Source: Thermoplasmatota archaeon (GTDB taxonomy: Archaea > Thermoplasmatota > E2 > DHVEG-1). From it: 62,023 nucleotides of DNA. Positions 57,773 through 62,023 of this stretch are shown in pieces. The position numbers and the translations under genes were made by a program. Location: assembly GCA_046496795.1 (NCBI GenBank), contig JAWOGM010000039.1, forward strand, positions 1 through 62,023, in the 5' to 3' direction. The notes beneath the pieces were generated by a model. The model was not told the origin of the DNA, did no database searches, and saw only the letters and a list, made by a program, of their open reading frames with translations. Every line of letters begins with the position of its first letter. Within the stretch, counting starts at the first letter, position 1.

Positions 57773-58366
57773 ATGTATACTTTAGTCAAACTAAATGAAA
57801 CCGTACGAGTTCCACCAGAAATGTTTGGTGAGAATTTAGACGAAGCAATTCAATCAATTGTTCAGAAAACATTTGAAGGAACAATAGAGAAAAACCATGG
57901 TTTAATTGTAATTGCAAACAATATTAAATCAATCGGAGATGGAATCGTAATCCATGGTGATGGAGGAATGTACCAAAAAGTAGAATTTGAAGCGCTAACC
58001 TTCAAACCATTACTGCAAGAAATCACCGATGCAATAATTTGTGAAATAGTTGAATTTGGCGCTTTTTGCCATATCGGGCCTTTAGATGCATTAATCCACA
58101 TGAGTCAAATCATGAATGACTACGTCAATGTCAATGTAGAAAACGAACGAATAGTCGGAAAAGAAAACAAAAAAACACTTAAAGTTGGAGACCCCGTACG
58201 AGCAAGAATTGTTGCAATTAGTCTTAACGAATTATCAGCACGAGAAAGCAAAATTGGATTAACAATGAGGCAACCAGCCTTAGGAGCACATGAATGGCTA
58301 AAAGAAAAACCTGAAGAAGTAAAAAAGAGTGAAAAAAACAAACCTAAAAAGAAGGGAAAGAAATGA
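57773..58366 (+). CDS. rpoE: DNA-directed RNA polymerase subunit Rpo7 (E')
   Basis: SHS2 N-domain plus S1 domain (EIVEFGAFCHIGPLDALIHMSQI ... VGDPVRARIV) and a Lys-rich tail. Confidence 0.9.
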   Translation: MYTLVKLNETVRVPPEMFGENLDEAIQSIVQKTFEGTIEKNHGLIVIANNIKSIGDGIVIHGDGGMYQKVEFEALTFKPLLQEITDAIICEIVEFGAFCHIGPLDALIHMSQIMNDYVNVNVENERIVGKENKKTLKVGDPVRARIVAISLNELSARESKIGLTMRQPALGAHEWLKEKPEEVKKSEKNKPKKKGKK

Positions 58367-58548
58367 GAACACGTAATGCATGCAAAAATTGTCATCTCAT
58401 CACCGAAAAAGACCGATGTCCCTACTGTTCTGAAAAAACCGTCAAACGATGGAGAGGATACGTCATCATTCGTGATCCAGCCCGATCACAAATTGCAAAA
58501 AAGATGAATATCACAAAACCCGGTAAATATGCATTAAAGGTACAATAA
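58363..58548 (+). CDS. spt4: transcription elongation factor Spt4 (RpoE'')
   Basis: Zinc ribbon CKNCHLITEKDRCPYC, then W-GYVII. ATGA overlap with rpoE'. Confidence 0.85.
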   Translation: MRTRNACKNCHLITEKDRCPYCSEKTVKRWRGYVIIRDPARSQIAKKMNITKPGKYALKVQ

Positions 58549-58550
58549 CA

Positions 58551-59051
58551 ATGAAAATCCTACCCGATGAACTACGAGATACCCTAAAACAACCATTCGG
58601 AACTCTTGTCAATGAAGAAGAACTTTTAACCATTCTTAAAAAACAAAAAAAAATTATTTCAATAGGAGATATTGTTACCTACACTCTCATCACCAATAAT
58701 ATAGCACCACAGATTTGTGTTGTGGATTATACCCATAAACGAAAACAAATTGATCCAAAAATTGCAGAAACAATAAAAGGCTTTACTACAGAACAAATCA
58801 AAATAACAAACCCTGCAGGAACAATAACAGATGAACTATGGAACACTCTTGAATCAATAATTAAAAAAAATAATAAAAAACCGATAAGAATTGAAATTGA
58901 TGGAGAAGAGGACCTTGCCTCACTTGCTGCAATATATCTCGCTCCATCAGACGCAACAATAATATATGGATTGCCGAATAAAGGGATTATAGTTGTCAAT
59001 CCGACATTGGATCAAAAAGATAAAGTTAAAAAGATACTTGACAGAATGTGA
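58551..59051 (+). CDS. DUF359/COG1909 protein (archaeal GTP-dependent dephospho-CoA kinase family)
   Basis: LKQPFGTL...IISIGDIVTYTL...PQICVVDYTHKRK, EIDGEEDLA. Canonical position between spt4 and rps24e. Confidence 0.75.
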   Translation: MKILPDELRDTLKQPFGTLVNEEELLTILKKQKKIISIGDIVTYTLITNNIAPQICVVDYTHKRKQIDPKIAETIKGFTTEQIKITNPAGTITDELWNTLESIIKKNNKKPIRIEIDGEEDLASLAAIYLAPSDATIIYGLPNKGIIVVNPTLDQKDKVKKILDRM

Positions 59052-59056
59052 TAGAT

Positions 59057-59464
59057 ATGGAAATAGAAATTGAATCAAAAACAGATAACCCACTTTTTAA
59101 TAGAACAGAAATTCATTTCATTGTTCATCATGAAAGTGAAAAAACACCAAAACGTGATTTAATTCGAAGCGAACTTGCTGATAAATTACGCGTAAAAAAA
59201 GAAACCATCATTGTCAGCCATATGAAATCAAGTTTTGGAATGACTAATACCGCCGGATATGCTAAAGTATATAGCTCCCCAAAAGAAGCAGGAAAGTGGG
59301 AGAAAAAATATGTACTAAAAAGAAACAAAGCACTAACAGAAACAAAGAAAGAGGAAAAAACAGAGGAATCAAAAACATCTGAGAATACAGAAAAACTAAA
59401 AGACACACCGCCAGAAGAGCAGAAAGAAGACCAAAAACAAGTAACTGAAGAAAAGAAGGAATGA
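59057..59464 (+). CDS. rps24e: 30S ribosomal protein S24e with a long K/E-rich C-terminal tail
   Basis: [15 protein letters not shown]...[33 protein letters not shown] 59057 preferred because the tool start is GTG 59048. The 45-aa low-complexity tail spans 59327-59461. Confidence 0.9.
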   Translation: MEIEIESKTDNPLFNRTEIHFIVHHESEKTPKRDLIRSELADKLRVKKETIIVSHMKSSFGMTNTAGYAKVYSSPKEAGKWEKKYVLKRNKALTETKKEEKTEESKTSENTEKLKDTPPEEQKEDQKQVTEEKKE

Positions 59465-59670
59465 TCATGAAAAAAAGAGAGATTTTTAAAGTAGAAGGAG
59501 ATAAAATCGTTCGATTACGACGAAACTGCCCCAAATGCGGCGATGGCGTATTTTTAGCAGAACATAAAGATAGGGTTAATTGTGGCACTTGTGGATATAC
59601 TGAGTTTAAAGGAAGTAAAGAAAAAAAAATAGAACAATCAGACGATAAAACTCAAAATAAAAACCAATAA
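59461..59670 (+). CDS. rps27ae: 30S ribosomal protein S27ae
   Basis: Zinc ribbon [28 protein letters not shown] overlap with rps24e. Confidence 0.9.
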   Translation: MIMKKREIFKVEGDKIVRLRRNCPKCGDGVFLAEHKDRVNCGTCGYTEFKGSKEKKIEQSDDKTQNKNQ

Positions 59671-59684
59671 TTTTTTTTTATTGG
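59664..59684 (+). terminator. oligo-T terminator of the ribosomal/transcription operon
   Basis: CCAATAA (59664-59670), a T9 run (59671-59679) and TTATTGG (59678-59684), starting at the rps27ae stop codon. Oligo-T is the archaeal termination signal. Confidence 0.45.
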
Positions 59685-59968
59685 ATTGTATTGCTATGAA
59701 CGTGCAATGTAATAAGTATACATAATATAATAAAGTACTATACTAAAAATATTTGACAGCATAGTAAGTATTGATTATAATATATCTTAAAAAAGAGAAA
59801 AATTTAGGAAGTTCATCTCTGCATATTCTGGTGAGAAATCATTACTAAGAAGGAGGATCCACAATAAAAACTATAATTTTTTTTAATCACATCGTATAAC
59901 GGTAGATTAATACTTTTTTTAAAGAAAACTCTATTACATTATTTGTTGTTTTCGAAAAAAAAGATAAA

Positions 59969-60042
59969 GGGTCTGTAGTGTAGCCTGGATATCACAGAGG
60001 CCTCCGGAGCCTCTAACTCGGGTTCAAATCCCGGCAGATCCG
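59969..60042 (+). tRNA. tRNA-Arg (anticodon CCG)
   Basis: Hand-folded cloverleaf. Acceptor GGGUCUG/CAGAUCC (one G-U) with discriminator G. D-arm with AGCCUGGAUA loop. Anticodon stem GAGGC/GCCUC with loop CU-CCG-GA. T-arm UCGGG/CCCGG with loop UUCAAAU. No intron and no encoded CCA. Confidence 0.9.
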
Positions 60043-60115
60043 CTCTGACTTCTTGTAGAGATTTCAGGAACAGAGGTATAAACCCTATTCTGTTGTTTTT
60101 CTCCTTAAAAACTAC

Positions 60116-60577
60116 CTACTTTTTACCGCCTCCTTTTTGTGGTTTTATCGCATTTGCAATCCAATCCACAGGTGCCTGATTATAATACATATCAGCATGG
60201 TTGATGTAGTTCTGAGTAGTCTTAATATCAGTATGTCCTAACCAGTTTCTCACCGTTAGAACATCAAAAGTTTTTGTTTCTCGTTTTGTTTTAATTAGTC
60301 TAGCAATAGCACACCAATGTCTCATATCATAGGGTTGAAAAGGTTGCCATATCTTCTTCCCAAAACGACTAAGTTTGCCTCTGAAATGATTAATCTCAAA
60401 TGGTCTACCACTTGGTTGTAGATATAATGCATTTCCCGAATATTGGTTTTCTACTCTAGGTCGCCATACATCTAGCCAGTTTTTGAATGATTTATGAACT
60501 CTTGACGAAAGAATACTTTTTTCGGGAAGAATTGTTCGTTTCTGTCTATGCTTCTTTGTTTCTGTAATTGTTATCAT
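60116..60577 (-). CDS. tyrosine recombinase/integrase, C-terminal catalytic part
   Basis: ITETKKHRQKRTILP (beta-hairpin Lys region), YDMRHWCAIARL (H/R-x-x-R box), NWLGHTDIKTTQNYINH (His plus Tyr nucleophile). Confidence 0.8.
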   Translation of the reverse strand: MITITETKKHRQKRTILPEKSILSSRVHKSFKNWLDVWRPRVENQYSGNALYLQPSGRPFEINHFRGKLSRFGKKIWQPFQPYDMRHWCAIARLIKTKRETKTFDVLTVRNWLGHTDIKTTQNYINHADMYYNQAPVDWIANAIKPQKGGGKK

Positions 60578-61119
60578 CCTCTACCCCTAGAATCAATGAT
60601 TACATCATCTACAGTCATTTCAATTATTTCACTTGGTACACGCCAACCTATCATAAAACTATGAAAAAATAAGTATTGAAACAGTGTGTTTTCATAAGGA
60701 TCCTTTGAATATTCATAATGGAAGAACTTGTTTACAACATCCGGAAAAGGTAATATTCTTTTATGTGGCCTTGGAGCATAAGGTAACTTGTAATCCCATG
60801 CAGGAATTCCATATGCTCGAAGAAACATCCTCATAGCCTGCCATTCGGCTTTCAATGCACCAAATCCTGCATGTTCAACTTGTTCTCTGTAATCAACATG
60901 TTTGATAAAGTTTTCATAGCTTGGATTCCTAAAATCAACAGGGACTGTGTGCATTTCCATAAATCGAGCGTATCTAAGATTTTTATTTACTGTCGATTCT
61001 GACAATCTTTGTCGTAAAACAGCATGTAGTGAAATATCATAAAATGATGCTTCCTTTTGATTAAGTTTTATGGGGCATTCTAATCTGTTTTGTTTCTTTA
61101 TATTTGGTAAGTCCCCCAT
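60574..61119 (-). CDS. tyrosine recombinase/integrase, N-terminal part (SAM-like core-binding domain plus first catalytic Arg)
   Basis: FMIGWRVPSEIIEMTVDDV resembles box I (R-x-x-E). It ends in a TGA that overlaps the ATG of the next ORF (ATGA at 60574-60577). Confidence 0.75.
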   Translation of the reverse strand: MGDLPNIKKQNRLECPIKLNQKEASFYDISLHAVLRQRLSESTVNKNLRYARFMEMHTVPVDFRNPSYENFIKHVDYREQVEHAGFGALKAEWQAMRMFLRAYGIPAWDYKLPYAPRPHKRILPFPDVVNKFFHYEYSKDPYENTLFQYLFFHSFMIGWRVPSEIIEMTVDDVIIDSRGRG

Positions 61120-61254
61120 TGTTTTAACTCCTAAATTACACTTTACGTATTATGTAATATTATAGGAGTATAAATACTTTACTACATTACACTATTAGTA
61201 ATATTGTATTTTCAATGTAAAGTTTTATAATTTACTATTTAGATACAGTACGTA

Positions 61255-61527
61255 ATGAGTAAAATGGAAATCCTTGAAAAAGCAGGATCAACTGACATCT
61301 TGATTTTACTTACTAAACATAAAGGAAAAATGTATTTAACCAAGCTTCATGAAGATCTTGGTAAAGGAAGTATGTCAACACTGAATATGAGATTGCTTGA
61401 GTTAAAGAATCAAGGATTAATCAAAGATGAGCAAGAAAGTAAATTTGGTGGTCGACGATATATATGGCTTACAGAAAAAGGAGAGAAAATAGCCAAACAC
61501 CTTTTAGATATTGAAAATATCCTATAG
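61255..61527 (+). CDS. small winged-helix DNA-binding protein (ArsR/PadR-like fold), element-borne
   Basis: 90 aa: ILILLTKHKGKMYLTKLHEDLGKGSMSTLNMRLLELKNQGLIKDE...RRYIWLTEKG (helix-turn-helix plus wing). Confidence 0.6.
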   Translation: MSKMEILEKAGSTDILILLTKHKGKMYLTKLHEDLGKGSMSTLNMRLLELKNQGLIKDEQESKFGGRRYIWLTEKGEKIAKHLLDIENIL

Positions 61528-61664
61528 ATAAAAAAATATAAAAATCTGGAATTCAACCCCCTAATCTTTAATTTTTATAACCAATAAAATACTAGCTATA
61601 CATAGATTTGGCGAATAGATATTGAAAAAAAATGGAATCAGGCTAGAAACCTGATATAAAATTG

Positions 61665-62021
61665 TTATGTTGTGTCTAGCTCAAACTCCCACCATGCCTC
61701 CAACAAAGACTCATCATTACACATCAGTACATCACCATACTCATCACGGAATGCTGCATAAACACGATACGTACCATCACCATTAACCAGATCATCGGTA
61801 CGTACAAGATCATTGAAGATGGTGTCAAGACCAAGCTGACAACCAACATCAATTGTCCTCGGAGTTGTTTCATTAACAGTATCATTATCAACAACCCACT
61901 CAGGAGTACCAGAGACATCAAGGAACTGAACCTGCAACAACAAATAACCAGATATATTCGTCGAACCAGTATTCACAATCTTACTCTGAACACCTGTATA
62001 AAACCGATAGACATCACTCAT
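61665..62021 (-). CDS. hypothetical acidic protein (element cargo)
   Basis: Complete 118-aa ORF with its ATG at 62019-62021. G+C is clearly higher than the host. No motif recognised. Confidence 0.4.
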   Translation of the reverse strand: MSDVYRFYTGVQSKIVNTGSTNISGYLLLQVQFLDVSGTPEWVVDNDTVNETTPRTIDVGCQLGLDTIFNDLVRTDDLVNGDGTYRVYAAFRDEYGDVLMCNDESLLEAWWEFELDTT

Positions 62022-62023
62022 TA

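Larger units (their letters stand above)
60043..62023. mobile_element. left end of a putative tRNA-Arg-targeted integrated element (continues past the window end)
   Basis: A tyrosine integrase gene lies 74 nt from the tRNA 3' end. It is followed by a small wHTH gene and an ORF of about 42% G+C (hand count over 61665-61764), against roughly 30% in flanking host DNA. Confidence 0.6.

Noticed and set aside
1-62023. Scan for CRISPR arrays, rRNA, SRP RNA/RNase P RNA, inteins, and in-frame TGA/TAG recoding between adjacent same-strand ORFs.
   Set aside because: I saw no regularly spaced direct repeats and no long GC-rich noncoding stretches. All large conserved proteins (LeuRS, aIF2-gamma, MCM, SRP54) have normal lengths. 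The only split gene (the integrase) is a frameshift, not an in-frame stop.
60043-62023. Search within the window for a second copy of the tRNA-Arg 3' half (attR).
   Set aside because: No match to TTCAAATCCCGG or the flanking sequence was found between 60043 and 62023, so the element boundary cannot be defined here and must lie beyond the window if it exists.

Overview
AT-rich (about 30-33% G+C by eye), very gene-dense archaeal chromosomal window with about 65 protein genes on both strands. Many start/stop codons overlap by 1-4 nt. GGAG/GAGG Shine-Dalgarno-like motifs occur 6-12 nt upstream of many starts, and I used them to refine several start sites. Archaeal identity rests on aIF2-gamma, ribosomal proteins S6e/S24e/S27ae, Rpo7 (RpoE') and Spt4, SRP54, an Sm-like protein, sn-glycerol-1-phosphate dehydrogenase, archaeal-type LeuRS and a DUF359 dephospho-CoA kinase sitting in the classic rpoE'-spt4-DUF359-S24e-S27ae neighbourhood. 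The metabolic content is FolD, HutH/HutU, bacterial-type thiolase/Hbd/crotonase, methylmalonyl-CoA mutase with MeaB and CobO, a serpin and a bacterial/eukaryal-type MetK. This resembles amino-acid/acyl-CoA fermenting Asgard (Lokiarchaeia-like) genomes, but that placement is only an inference from this window. Blocks along the window: (i) 1-13.5 kb, transport, methyltransferases, folD and hutH/hutU. (ii) 13.5-31 kb, secreted or surface proteins (membrane-anchored serpin, M14 carboxypeptidase, a 1396-aa PQQ-propeller/Ig-like surface protein, a 608-aa repeat protein) interleaved with srp54, leuS and glycerate kinase. (iii) 31-35 kb, a tight lplA-phzF-HMGL-radical SAM operon. (iv) 41.2-45 kb, a thiol/Fe-S redox cluster containing a PGF-CTERM protein and a NapH-like membrane polyferredoxin; this is my best candidate for an undescribed system. 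(v) 45-55.4 kb, an acyl-CoA hub. (vi) 55.4-59.7 kb, the translation/transcription core cluster. (vii) 59.97 kb to the window end, tRNA-Arg(CCG) followed at once by a split tyrosine integrase, a wHTH gene and a higher-GC ORF, which looks like the left edge of an integrated element. No CRISPR array, rRNA, intein or in-frame recoding signal was seen. One tRNA and two GC-enriched structured intergenic islands (candidate sRNA or 3' structures) are reported. All homology statements come from motif recognition by eye, not database searches.
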